The notes: generated by a model not told the origin, from the sequence alone. A DNA stretch of 63,823 nucleotides, filler included, from Octopus bimaculoides (GCF_001194135.2; 5 parts of 4 records of this genome joined end to end with filler, not necessarily neighbours in it), one strand, 5' to 3'; positions 27,159 through 40,349 are shown, counted from the whole stretch's first letter. Numbers and translations: made by a program.

Positions 27159-27560
27159 GGACGCGAGCTGGCAAATCGATAGCAGCTAGGCAAAACGCTT
27201 AGCGATATTTCGTCCGTCTTCACGTTCTGAGTTCAAATTCCGCCGAGGTCCACTTTGCCTTTCACTCCTTCCAGGTCGTTGAAACAAGTAGCAGGTGATC
27301 ACTGGTTGACTGTACCCTTCTTTTAAAATTTCAGGCCTTGTGCCTATATTAGAAAGGGTTATTGAGGCGGTGAGCTGGCAGAATCGATTGCACGAGGGAC
27401 AAAATACTTAGTGGCATTTCGCCTGTCTTTTAGTTCTGTGTTCAAATTCCTCCGAGGTCGACTTTACCTTTTCAATAAGTGGCAGCCGAGCCCTAGGGAG
27501 GGGCGATGCGATCGACTTTCTCCGTCTCCCAAAATTTTAGTTGTTCTGTCTATAATAGAA
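27158..27560 (+). mobile_element. Two tandem SINE family A copies
   Basis: gcgagctggcaaatcg / ggcggtgagctggcagaatcg heads; gagttcaaattccgccgagg B-box. Confidence 0.9.
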
Positions 27561-27931
27561 AGAGTTATTGCTGTTATTGTTTTTGTTGTGTGATTCTTGT
27601 TACTACCAATATTAAGGCATGTCTAGCTGACAGAATCTTTACAGCATCGGACAAAAATGCTTAACAAAATTTCGTATAGCTCTTTCCGGTCAAATGCCGG
27701 TAACAGCGATTTTGCCTGGCATCTTCTCCGATATATTAAGTACCAGTTTGACTGGGAAGTTGAAAGTTGCAAACTTCAAGACTCTAACTGTTATATTGCA
27801 CAACTCACACATAGGCTGTCTACGCTCTAGCAACACATGTATGTACACAGACAGACATATACTTTTACACGTCGCTTTTATTCGATGTTAGCTAAATATA
27901 TATATATTTAACTTTGTCTTCTCATTCTATC

Positions 27932-27965
<34 letters not shown>

Positions 27966-28010
27966 GAATACAATAAATGGGACAAGAACGCAAAATGGGA
28001 NNNNNNNNNN

Positions 28011-28079
<69 letters not shown>

Positions 28080-28466
28080 ATATATTTGTATCCTTCTTTT
28101 CACACATAAAAACTATTTTGTGGCTTTTATTACCCTTTGTTGGCCTTTACCTCTTTATCAGTGTGTTCCAATAATTTATTTAACTTAGATCTCTTTGTCT
28201 CCCACTATCTTTTTGACGTTCCGAGGTAAAAGAATTTTATTGCTAGTCCTACCCACTTCACTTTCCCCTCTCACATTTTCATTCCACTTAATGACTTCTG
28301 TAAACACACACACTTTATTTCCTTTTAGGGCAACCTAGCCTCTAACCAACGCTTTCATTGGTCATTCGATTTGATTTTTTATTTTCTATTTTCTCTTTTT
28401 CCAACTGGCCACTCAAGCTGAGGCTAGTTTGATAATTCGTTTACTCATCTCCACGTGACATTATAG

Positions 28467-28513
28467 ATAACGTAGACATAACAGGACCCGAAGATCAGCT
28501 AAGCTGGTTTTGT
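28467..28513 (+). CDS. Candidate exon (DNVDITGPEDQLSWFC)
   Basis: Acceptor cattatag, strong donor gtgagt; only one frame is open. Confidence 0.4.
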
Positions 28514-28869
28514 GTGAGTTACAATTTATGTAACAAATATTTCTTTGCTGTGAAATGGTCGTAGTCCGTGCTTTAGCTATTCCATTCTTTTCTTGTTTTT
28601 TTTTAATTTTTATTTTATTTTTCATCGCATTCTTAGCACCTTTAGTTACTAAACTTTGAGTTGTAAGGTGATCGTCAGCTTATCGAAATTCTTATCAATT
28701 TTAATATGGAATGAAATGTGTAACTTACGATATTAATAAGCATGCTTTATCGTGTACTGTCCAAATTTGGTCATCTGTACAAGCCACATAAATGCTCGAA
28801 GCTTACTAAGTTCCTACGCTTGGATTGAAGCCCTGGATCCTGGATTATACTTACCTACTATGTGTGTGA

Positions 28870-28910
<41 letters not shown>

Positions 28911-29002
28911 GTTCGGTGATGAACAACAAAAAAGTACTCCATCTGGTGAGAGATAAATATTATTTAATAAACAAAATATATATTTGTATGTGTTACTATT
29001 AG

Positions 29003-29225
29003 TTTCATGCGATGAAGGCATGCCACACAGTATTTATTTTTTAACACCTCTGATGCATCAGCACAATCTTAAGGCACTGCCCACATGCCATAACAAACTA
29101 AAAATAGGACGATAGGATAAGAGAAAAATTTTAATTTGTTATGCCTTGTGTACAGTGCCTGAAGATTGCGCTGACACACCAGACGTGTTAAAAAATACTG
29201 TCTGGCATGCTTTCATCGCATGAAA
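29003..29225. mobile_element. Foldback/MITE-like element with about 100-bp imperfect inverted arms
   Basis: 29003-29103 is the reverse complement of 29129-29225 (tttcatgcgatgaa...aggcactg / cagtgcct...ttcatcgcatgaaa); the same terminus recurs at about 35055. Confidence 0.8.
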
Positions 29226-29513
29226 NNNNNNNNNNNNNNNNNNNNNNNNNNNNNNNNNNNNNNNNNNNNNNNNNNNNNNNNNNNNNNNNNNNNNNNNNNN
29301 NNNNNNNNNNNNNNNNNNNNNNNNNTTCTATCAATATATATATATATATATACTGGCGATGGATTTTACTTGTTAGTATAGTTACTCATCAGATCTCAGA
29401 TTTCTGAAAACTAGCAATCTTGCTTGTTGCAAATCAGTGGTCGGTGGTCGCTTTGTTTAAAATATATTGCTGGCTGGAGCGGACCCTGACTATCGCTCTG
29501 GCGACCAAGGGCT

Positions 29514-29560
29514 GGAGACTGACGATAAGCCAACCAGCTCGAAACTGAGTCAGTCTCGCG
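29514..29560 (+). ncRNA. Type I hammerhead ribozyme-like motif
   Basis: CTGACGA (29519-25), stem II AGC/GCT, GAAA (29541-44), stem III ACTG-AGT-CAGT, GUC triplet ending at 29555; stems I and II partly mismatched. Confidence 0.6.
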
Positions 29561-29804
29561 ATCTTATTGCTTGCTAGAGGATGGTAGGGGTTCGCTCCGC
29601 CTGTTAGCAATATATATATTATATATAAAAAGTGCAGTGTCACACCGATAACCAACTGGCGGAAGATCTGCCTGGAGTTAAACGAGCGGAAGATTTGTCT
29701 GGGCTTAAACATGGTACAATCACTTTGATGTGGCGATGGACTTTACTTGTTAGTATAGTTACTATTCTGATCTCTTCTTGAGATTTTACGACTAGCTATT
29801 TTGC

Positions 29805-29858
<54 letters not shown>

Positions 29859-30528
29859 GCACGCACGCACGCACACACACATACATACCTATACATATAT
29901 GTGAAAGCTTAGACTCGATACGTTCGTATGTACTGATACAAACTTACATAGACGCATATATACGCACATACATCATACATACACATATATACATTGCATG
30001 CAGACATGCATGTGTGTGAGAGTTGAAAGTCGATACATATACACACACTCAATAACTCATATACATACACGCATGCACGCACATATATCTATATCAATGT
30101 ATTCACATTCATCTGCTTACTTCAATGTTTGTGTGTTTGCACGTATGTGTGCGTATGGCTGTGTCTTTTTTGTTGTTGCTGCTGCTGCTGTTGTTTTTGT
30201 TTTTGTTTTTGTTGTTGTTGTTGTTGTCGGCTTTCAATAGGAATCCGGTAGCAACAGTAGCTGGCTAACAAGATGACAGCTAAATATTGCTATTATGTAT
30301 TGTCGCATTGTATAGAGACGTAATCTGGTGTATTGAGCTTTATTGGGGGAGATATTGCATTGTATTGAACTGTGTTGAAATATATATTGCATTGTATGGA
30401 GTTGTATTGAAATATATATTGAAGAAATGTTGTGCCGAAGCATGCGTTCAACAGAATTGTACAGGATTATGTATGACAAGGTGTCTAATTTTAATTCAGC
30501 TTAGGCACACTACATTACATAAATATAC

Positions 30529-30572
<44 letters not shown>

Positions 30573-31640
30573 NNNNNNNNNNNNNNNNNNNNNNNNNNNN
30601 NNNNNNNNNNNNNNNNNNNNNNNNNNNNNNNNNNNNNNNNNNNNNNNNNNNNNNNNNNNNNNNNNNNNNNNNNNNNNNNNNNNNNNNNNNNNNNNNNNNN
30701 NNNNNNNNNNNNNNNNNNNNNNNNNNNNNNNNNNNNNNNNNNNNNNNNNNNNNNNNNNNNNNNNNNNNNNNNNNNNNNNNNNNNNNNNNNNNNNNNNNNN
30801 NNNNNNNNNNNNNNNNNNNNNNNNNNNNNNNNNNNNNNNNNNNNNNNNNNNNNNNNNNNNNNNNNNNNNNNNNNNNNNNNNNNNNNNNNNNNNNNNNNNN
30901 NNNNNNNNNNNNNNNNNNNNNNNNNNNNNNNNNNNNNNNNNNNNNNNNNNNNNNNNNNNNNNNNNNNNNNNNNNNNNNNNNNNNNNNNNNNNNNNNNNNN
31001 NNNNNNNNNNNNNNNNNNNNNNNNNNNNNNNNNNNNNNNNNNNNNNNNNNNNNNNNNNNNNNNNNNNNNNNNNNNNNNNNNNNNNNNNNNNNNNNNNNNN
31101 NNNNNNNNNNNNNNNNNNNNNNNNNNNNNNNNNNNNNNNNATATATATATATATACATGTATACATTATATATATGTATATGTATGTCTGTACGTATGTA
31201 TGTCTGGTTATATGCATATGCACACACGCGCATATCTTTTACATTACAGTACATTTATGTTCACAGACGTGCGGATATGTATAGACATGTATACACTCAT
31301 TTACAAAAATAAAACGCGTCCATACAGATTCTTACAACGAAAATTATATACACGAATTTATAGTAATACACTTTAGTGTAAAGTACAGGCATATACGATT
31401 TATAATATATACTCACTGTCCACGTAATTTCACCCCTACATACATACATACATACATACATACATACATACATACATACATGCTCATGTACATACATATA
31501 TGTATATATATATATGTGTGTACATACATTTACATACGTGCATATACGTGTATATACTCAAACATGTATGTGTGTGTTTGTGTGGGCGTGTATGAGTGCG
31601 TGTGTGTAATTTTGTATGAATAATTAATAAACTGACTGTG

Positions 31641-31691
<51 letters not shown>

Positions 31692-32035
31692 GAGTGAATA
31701 TATTGAAAATAGTCTATTGAGAAATAAATATGGATATTTTAGCTTGAGTATATAGGTTTGTATACATTATCCATCCATTCTGATTCTCACACAGAGAGCA
31801 GATACATATATATATCCATAGGGGATACGTACATCTCGGTTGGTGTATAAATTTGTGTATAAGCTTATGTGTCATTCTAGATAAATGCATAGCCATAGTC
31901 TATTCGCTTCTCTATGTGGACACACGCGCACACATGCGCACACACACATACACACAACGCACAGCGGCACACATATACATATATATATATATATACATAC
32001 ACACGCATCCTTCTTTTATGCGGATTCACGTGATA

Positions 32036-32075
<40 letters not shown>

Positions 32076-32635
32076 ATCTTGATTCAAATTATGCATGGAC
32101 TTGCGCGAATTATAGCGATGCAAAACAGAGTGAAATTACCGAAAACTAAGGTCACACGCGCAAAACAGTCTTGAACAGAAATATATATGAAAGTATATAT
32201 GTGTACGAGTGTATTAATGCGTCTGCGTGTGCCACTGTGTGTGTGTGTATGTGTGTGTGTTACATGCGAACATATGTATGTACCTGTAACTGTATGTGTT
32301 TATGTGCTTATATATATATATATATATGTATGCATGTATGTATACATTCATACATACATATATACACACTTATATACGTACACATGTAAATATATATATA
32401 TATATATACACATATACATATATATGCATATACGTATATACATACACATATATATATGCATATATATACATATGTATGTGTGTATATATATATACTTACA
32501 TATTTAGACGCATTTACAGAAGCATACTCATGCGAATATACTAACATAAAATTCTTAGGAAAGTTAATATGAATAATGAGCTTGTAAGAAATTAGCATCT
32601 ATTCTCTGTGTCGTGTATGGTTGTTATTTCTTGGG

Positions 32636-32725
32636 AAAATGGCGACTATATTAAGAGCAGACGACAACATGGCGACTACTTGAGTTTTGAAGACTTACAG
32701 GAATGTGTTTGCTTTGCGCGCGTCG
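32636..32725 (+). promoter_or_regulatory. Putative promoter: two YY1-type AANATGGCG motifs plus a CpG cluster
   Basis: AAAATGGCGACTA (32636) and AACATGGCGACTA (32666) lie 30 nt apart; gcgcgcgtcg at 32716. Confidence 0.4.
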
Positions 32726-33239
32726 AAAACAATAGTTCATCAGTGTGGAGACGTTGCTGCATTCCCCAAACGCTACACATTTGGTAATCATTAAAACATT
32801 TATGCGTTAATAGCAGACAGCTATATTTAGCAATGTAATAACGTGGCACAATACTTTTCCGTGGATTTCCTTTTTCCTGTATGTTATAATTTTATTTTCA
32901 TTTCAGATATTTTGGATGTATAAATTATCCATAGATCACCTCATAGACTGTAAGCTTGTATTCCATTCGTTATAGAAGCTGGCATCTTTGAGTAATTTGT
33001 TTTGCCTCATTAATTTACCATTTCTACTAATTTTGTACTAAATCGACCTTCGAATGCGTATTTCAAATCTTACTTGGATGATTCTTTAAAAGTCATTAAA
33101 TTAAAATCAATAACCATTCCAAGCGGTACAGTTGTCCAGTTCATCGGTTCTTAAACTCGATATTTCACTTAACCCGATGAAGGGTAAATATTTCCCTAAA
33201 CATGAAATTAGTTTATTCCTGAAAAGTAGCTCTGCCTAC

Positions 33240-33458
33240 TTTCTTGCAAGTTAATCCCACTTACTCCGTAAAGACCATGGGGTCGGTTTCCCAGGTTCTC
33301 TCGTGTATATATTTCTCTCTGGACGGAACGCTGAGTGGTATGGAACAACATGAAATGGATTGTTTTGCTCAAGAGCACAACTCATCATCCGGTCCAGGAA
33401 CCGAAACCACAATCTTACGATCATGAGTCCAACACCCTAACCACTGAGCCATGCACCA
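33240..33458 (-). mobile_element. tRNA-derived SINE (family C-like head)
   Basis: Minus-strand head ggtgcatggctcagtggttagggtgttggac...ggtttcggttcctggaccgg with A and B boxes. Confidence 0.8.
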
Positions 33459-34822
33459 GTTACAATTAAGCAGTAATAATTTGTTTTGCTGGGAAGGTAT
33501 TGTGTTATGAATTCAATTTCAATGTTTTAAGTCTGATATCTTCTAAAACTAAACTGAAATTAGACTTGCATTGATAACGCTAACAAAATACTGTGACGAT
33601 GCTATTTATGCTATAACAAGACTTGTAAAGTTTCGATGAGATGAAGATGACATATTTGGGACTTATCCTTCACCTGACGGGTATGGCTTTCTAACATAGG
33701 CTTTGATAGATTGTACTCATATAAAGTAATTTGACAGACATTATTGATACAAAATCAAGAAGAGAATGAGAAAATACGGAATAAGCAAACGAAAAGGTTT
33801 GGGAGGTTTTTGATAAATTTTTAATGTATTTTCTACAACCGGTTTGCATATTTATATCGTCCTTTTTCGCCTTGTTCCACACCCCTAACTTATATATTCT
33901 CACTGCCGCTTAAGGTAAAAAAAAATGTTTCCCTCCAACGAAACGACAATCCCGAAACACCAGGGATCTCTTTTCCCAATGGTACACACCAACTGAATCC
34001 ATTTCAACAATATCATTTTATTATTATTATTATTCACTGGCCTCTCCCAGTTTCAGAGAATTTAGGGAATTTACAAATAAAATATGTTGCCAAAAATATT
34101 ACAGCGACAGTTATATTTTTCATGGTTTGGGTGGAGAGGTTTAGGTATTTGTGACAATTCGGTGAAATAGTCTTACGGGAAAACTTAGAAGACAACAGAA
34201 CGGGGGCCGTAGGATCGATTTCGGGTACGTTCTTGGCGTCTTACAGAAATATTCCAACTCATATGTTTGACGGGAAATATTCTTTTTTCTCTGTTTTGTA
34301 GAATTTTGTTTTCGGACGGGAATTTCGTACACACATACCCACAGGAGACCCGCCTAGACAAAATGTCTCCAAGATCGCGTCATTCCAGAAAAAACTTTCA
34401 GTCTTTATACTTTTTTGAATTTCATCTCCACCCTTCAAATAACATTGCCTATTCCACTTGGTATAGCACAATGAAGACACCAAAGTATTTTGGGATGAGA
34501 CAGAAGCACCATAATCACATTTTATTCTCTTGAACTTTGGACATTTTATATTAAATTTCTAAAATTCAAACTAGCGAGTAATTTAATTAACTTCAACACT
34601 TTAAAAAAAATATATGTCTAACTCATAAACGCCACACTACAATAATATCGTATATCAGTTATATGTATGGGATGTGTTGTCCTATGTGTGTGTTGTATGT
34701 TTATGAGTGTATGTGTATGAATGTGTGACCTTGCATCTTACAACAAAAGAAAACGCTGTGTGTGTGTGTGTGTGTGTTTGTGTATGTATAATATGTATGT
34801 ATGTATGTATGTNNNNNNNNNN

Positions 34823-34861
<39 letters not shown>

Positions 34862-34943
34862 GAAGCTAGGTAGGTACGTAGGTAGATAGGTAGAAAGATA
34901 GATAGATAAACAGATACACAGACAAACAGACAGACAGACAGAC

Positions 34944-34999
<56 letters not shown>

Positions 35000-35074
35000 C
35001 GATGACACATGTTCTGCTAATAAACACAATATGTTTTTATTTGCTATTATTAGTTTCATGCGATGAAAGCAAGC

Positions 35075-35632
35075 CAAGATCGCAGATGTCAGCACTGTCG
35101 TAAGATATCATTGATAGATCGAACAATTCTTCATTATCGGACTTTTCTATCCATGCTGAGCCCTTACCAAACAGTAGTGTTTTCCTCACATGCATCATAA
35201 AGTCCAGGTTTACAGAGTCTATATCAACATACTCGAGATGGAGGGATAAAAATGTCGTACTGGATAAATCTAACCTTATGTTTATTATTAATGTTCTTGA
35301 ACCAATCTATTCTGGTAAAACTGTTATTCCATTGTTGAAGCCTAGAGGTCTCTCTAATTTTATCATCAGTGTTTCTTAGTATTTAGTAGCTGGCCCGATT
35401 TCAATCCTCGCTAGGTTTAACCTTCAAGTAAGATTCATTATGAAAATTAGGCTTATGGTCTTTTAAAGTAATGAAAGCTTCCCTTTTAGCTAATCATTCT
35501 ACACCATCGTCGATTTTACTGCGTTTAGCGAGGAATTTAGCCTCTTTGTTGGCATCATTGGGTCTGTCTATGTTAGCTTTCTGATATTTAGGGGAAATGG
35601 TGTCATTTAGTAACTTATGCCTTATAGGGGTG
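35075..35632 (-). mobile_element. Penelope-like element RT fragment (N-terminal RT core)
   Basis: KLLNDTIS.KYQKAN..NKEAKFLAK, AFITLKDHKPNF, QQWNNS..IDWFKNI..FIQYDI and [40 protein letters not shown]. Confidence 0.9.
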
Positions 35633-35708
35633 CATAAGTGATTATATGTATATGGTTTACGGATAGCCAGACAAACAGACAGACAGACAGACAGATAGAT
35701 AGGTAGAT

Positions 35709-35761
<53 letters not shown>

Positions 35762-36329
35762 GTAGGTTTGGAGATGCAAACAGGAAAATAGAATTCCAAA
35801 TATGAGTATATATACGCTTTTTGTCAATAATCGGAATAACTTATACAATGACTCAAAAGCCGAGAGAACATATATGTATGTGTATATATACAAATGTGAC
35901 ACTGTGTATCTTGTGTGTACATGTAGTTATGTGTAAATGTGTGCGTATATGGGGGTGGTCTGTGTCTGTGTTCAGCTATATCATATCATTGGCTGCACAT
36001 AGCTTCATGCATGTCTGATTTCGGCCATAATCCACCACCATTACCACCACTACTGAAAATTAGCGAGCATTTCAAACAGATAAATTAGGGCCTTGGGCGG
36101 ATTAGATACGACAATGTCTCAAAACAAGACTACGTTTGATTAACAGCAAGTAATTCTTCCTGCTTTTCTCTTTCCACCCCATCCCCACCCCACCGCCAAA
36201 ACCTCCCTTCTCCAAACTTTCAGCACCACACAAAACATTTCCAGTCATTTAGTCTTTTCCAAAATTAGAAAACTACAATCCTCAATCCAAACATTTCGAA
36301 ATAATTGTCAAACTTTCCCTTGTAACATA

Positions 36330-36370
<41 letters not shown>

Positions 36371-36837
36371 AATATATATACACACACACACACACACATA
36401 AATATATACACACACATATATACATGCATACAAGCATACATACATATATATGTATGTATCTATGTATCTGTGCGCACACGTCGGAGCTTCTCTCAGGTCT
36501 CGCCTACCAAACTCCACGCATAAAATATTTACCATATTAGTCAACCTTTGTTTGTAGTAAAAGGCCCCAAATATTCGAGCAGTGGGATCGAACCCTCACC
36601 ACGTGTTTCTAAAACCAAATATTTTACCACGCAGCTACGTCCGAGTTACAGTATTTTCCGAAGTAGAGATTCAGAGTTTATTCTGAGTTAGTTTTCACTG
36701 ATACCGTTGTGGCTATCGTTGTGTAGTTCCAGGTCAGGCCTAGTAAAGCAGAGTCATGATCAAAGACGTTCCAAATGAGACCATCCTGTCTTTCGTATAG
36801 CAGCGGGAATAGATTTATTGCCAAATGTATTTTTCCT

Positions 36838-37075
36838 TATTCTTTTCTACTCTAGGCACAAGGCCCAACATTTTTTGTGCCATTTTTTGTGCCAGTCGAT
36901 TAGATCGACCCCAGTACGCAACTGGTACTTAATTTATCGACCCTGAAAGGATGAAAGGCAAAGTTAACCTAGGCGGAATTTGAACTCAGAACGTAAAGAC
37001 AGACGAAATACCTATTTCTTTACTGCCCACAAGGGGCTACACACAGAGGGGACAAACAAGGACAGACAAACGGAG
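36838..37075 (-). mobile_element. 5'-truncated SINE family A followed by the alternative-tail module
   Basis: Family core plus tatttctttactgcccacaaggggct...ggacagacaaa. Confidence 0.88.
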
Positions 37076-37757
37076 TGTGAAAGTGAGGAAAGAGCATACA
37101 TATGTATTTTCATGTGAACCTTTTATTATGAATAGAATGGAAAGGTGGGGTGGTAAAGTGATAAAAGGATTATCAAGATTATAGGGGTAGATGTGTGTCG
37201 ACGGACAAGGTTATTACTATTGAGAAATTCTGGGGACTTGAGGAAAAATTGAGTTTTGTGTGTTTGGGTTTACCAAACTGGTCCAATGTTGAGGGTTTAC
37301 AGTAGATTTACAGAGTAATAAAGATGATTACGATGATGATGATGACGAAGAGGACGAGGAGGACGAAGAGGACGAGGAGGACGAAGNNNNNNNNNNNNNN
37401 NNNNNNNNNNNNNNNNNNNNNNNNNNNNNNNNNNNNNNNNNNNNNNNNNNNNNNNNNNNNNNNNNNNNNNNNNNNNNNNNNNNNNNNNNNNNNNNNNNNN
37501 NNNNNNNNNNNNNNNNNNNNNNNNNNNNNNNNNNNNNNNNNNNNNNNNNNNNNNNNNNNNNNNNNNNNNNNNNNNNNNNNNNNNNNNNNNNNNNNNNNNN
37601 NNNNNNNNNNNNNNNNNNNNNNNNNNNNNNNNNNNNNNNNNNNNNNNNNNNNNNNNNNNNNNNNNNNNNNNNNNNNNNNNNNNNNNNNNNNNNNNNNNNN
37701 NNNNNNNNNNNNNNNAGGAGGAGAAGGAGGAAGTAGAAGATGATAGTAATATCCACA

Positions 37758-37807
<50 letters not shown>

Positions 37808-37977
37808 ATCTTAGATTCAATGTGAGTTAAGTGTTTTAGAGACATCTCTCGATGTAAGATTATGAGACTTTGCTAATAACTGGACGGTGTCTGAGGGCAG
37901 AACCATTAATCACATTGACACTTGCGCTTTATTTATTACCATGACTTGTTATTGCTGCTGCTGCTGCTGTTGTTGTC

Positions 37978-38009
<32 letters not shown>

Positions 38010-38343
38010 GTATTGGCCCTCGAAATCTTTTCTAATGTTTGGATGTCAAGTAGTCAAACATAACTATTATCACTCCATATATGGTAATAGAGGGCGCACT
38101 CAAAGATCGCCCCATAATTCCATAACACTTTGCTAGACAACGTTTGATATTATAAGAGACACCTCAGTTATGGTGACCTGGGACGTCGAAGGAAAGAAAA
38201 ATACAGAATTATATATTATAGCAAGTTCAAAGAATTTCACCATTTGGTTGTTGAGCTAACCATGCATAAATGAAGATCAAATTGACAAATCTCTCTTCAT
38301 CACTCTCTTTCTCCCCCTCTCTCTCTCTTCTTCTCTCTTTCTT

Positions 38344-38401
<58 letters not shown>

Positions 38402-38819
38402 TTTCCNNNNNNNNNNNNNNNNNNNNNNNNNNNNNNNNNNNNNNNNNNNNTTAATTAATTAANNNNNNNNNNNNNNNNNNNNNNNNNNNNNNNNNNNNNN
38501 NNNNNNTCAACATCGTAAGCTAACCATTTTTCTCTCTCCCTTCAAAATATTATGATTCCTCTTTTTGTTTTACTTTTTGTCTTTTCTTTCTTCCCCATTC
38601 TTTTTTCTAGTATCTAGAGACATCTCCAATTATAGATGAAGGGACAAGTTTCTAAGTTCTACAACACATAGAAGAGTCGAAAGGGCACACAAATCAAAAC
38701 TTCTGTTAAATTACACACACACACACAAAACCATGACTATATGATTGAGAAGCAAGTTTCTTAACCACACAGACATGTGTGTATGTGTGTGTATGCATGT
38801 AAGTATGTATGCATGTATG

Positions 38820-39125
38820 TACAAAGGCAAGTCAAAAGTTTTGCAATATTTGCATACAGGTTAGTTTGTTAGGTGTTTCTATTGTATACCTGAAATAGTT
38901 CAAGCTGTGGAAGGTAATGCTGAGGTTGGTAGCATCATGGTAGTGCAGTGATGTGTTGTACATTGTTTCCCTCCACATGTGATCTGAATGTGCAATGAAG
39001 TCTAATTTAGGAATATATGCTTTGTATGTTCAAACTGGGCCAAAAACATTTGTTGCACAAAACGTGAAGGTGCAGTTGATCAGGGTACAGTAACCAGATG
39101 ATTCAAGAACTCCAGCTCAGCAGCT
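38820..39125 (+). mobile_element. Mariner 5' end and transposase N-terminal remnant
   Basis: TIR-like tacaaaggcaagtcaaaagtttt; FKLGQK..EGAVDQGTVTR*FKN HTH segment. Confidence 0.65.
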
Positions 39126-39877
39126 TCAGTCAAAACGTCTAACCCTTGCCAGCATGGAAAGGAGACACTAAATGATGATGATAATGATGATGACATGATA
39201 AATCTATATATACATATATGTGCATATGTATGTATATTTATACAAACATATTAGTTCAGCATATATTTACATCAACTGCTTTAAACCATGCACTGTTTAT
39301 TTATGTAAATTGTCCTCATTGCAAGGTCCATAAATTCAACAAAACTGGCATAGCTGGATGCAACTGTAAATTCCGTGAAGGATCAGAAGAATTTGCTGAA
39401 AGTGTATGCAGTTGATAGGAAGTTATAGTGGAAATGGTGGTGTAACCACCAAAACTGCTGCTTTTATACTATTATGGGAATGAAGTCTTGAACTAAGTTG
39501 GAAATATTTACATGAAGAGTATAATAAACCTATCAGATTCCTTGAAATTTGCACAGTGGCCTCTATTATCAATTCTGTGAGTGATAATGGCTATTTATAT
39601 CAACCAGAAACCAAGTAGGTACAAATCTGCAGCAGATAGGTTTGCGTATATTTTCATCATCTGATTCAAAGCAAGTACACAGTGCATGTAAATTTACGCC
39701 AACCGATGTTATGAGGTTAATTAAAATGGTTTCTGCTTTGTTATGTGTTTTAATTCCATCTTTAATATTATATGAAGACTAAAAATCCTGAGGGAACACA
39801 CGCACGCACACACACACACACACACACACATACACACACACAGAGCAGTAAAGCCATTATATAAAATAAGAAAATAC

Positions 39878-39970
39878 CTGAGAGGATCAGGTTCACCTTG
39901 ATCATTTTGGAGGACATCAAGTTTGCCAGGAACAATTTCATATTCATCTCCCACAACTGATTGAAGAAAT
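39878..39970 (-). CDS. Exon of a cadherin-23/Cad87A-like cadherin (membrane-adjacent domain): xFLQSVVGDEYEIVPGKLDVLQNDQGEPDPL
   Basis: Acceptor tgtttctag, donor gtattt, 93 nt, phase 2-2; in frame with the upstream exon 42663-42751. Confidence 0.7.
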
Positions 39971-40215
39971 CTAGAAACATATACACATACAAACATTAGA
40001 GATGGAAGTAGTATTAATGGCAAAAGCAATCTTTATACCCTACTAAACATGGATATATCATTAAAGCATTGAATATTGTGGTATTTGCCTTGAGAGGTCT
40101 TCTCATATAGATATACAATGCTAAAAGCACTTACATACAACCGAGCAGACAAGAACTTCCAGATCACATAATTTCAGAATTCTGTACTTCTGAATTCTGT
40201 ACTTCAGAATTCTGA

Positions 40216-40303
40216 AGAGAAAAACCACTATTAAATAATTCAATAATGAAGAATTAAATCTATTCAAAAATATAGTCACTCGTCAGGTCTAAAATAAAAT
40301 AAA

Positions 40304-40349
<46 letters not shown>

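Noticed and set aside
30290-30480. ORF-like region (LLCIVALY...)
   Set aside because: A degenerate ATTGT/ATTGC pentamer satellite
36555-36650. tRNA-like A/B boxes (also at about 55070-55130)
   Set aside because: These are SINE heads with no complete cloverleaf; no true tRNA gene is supported
37324-37810. Apparent acidic D/E-rich coding run
   Set aside because: (GAT)n and (GAG/GAC)n microsatellites around a gap; no splice or domain support
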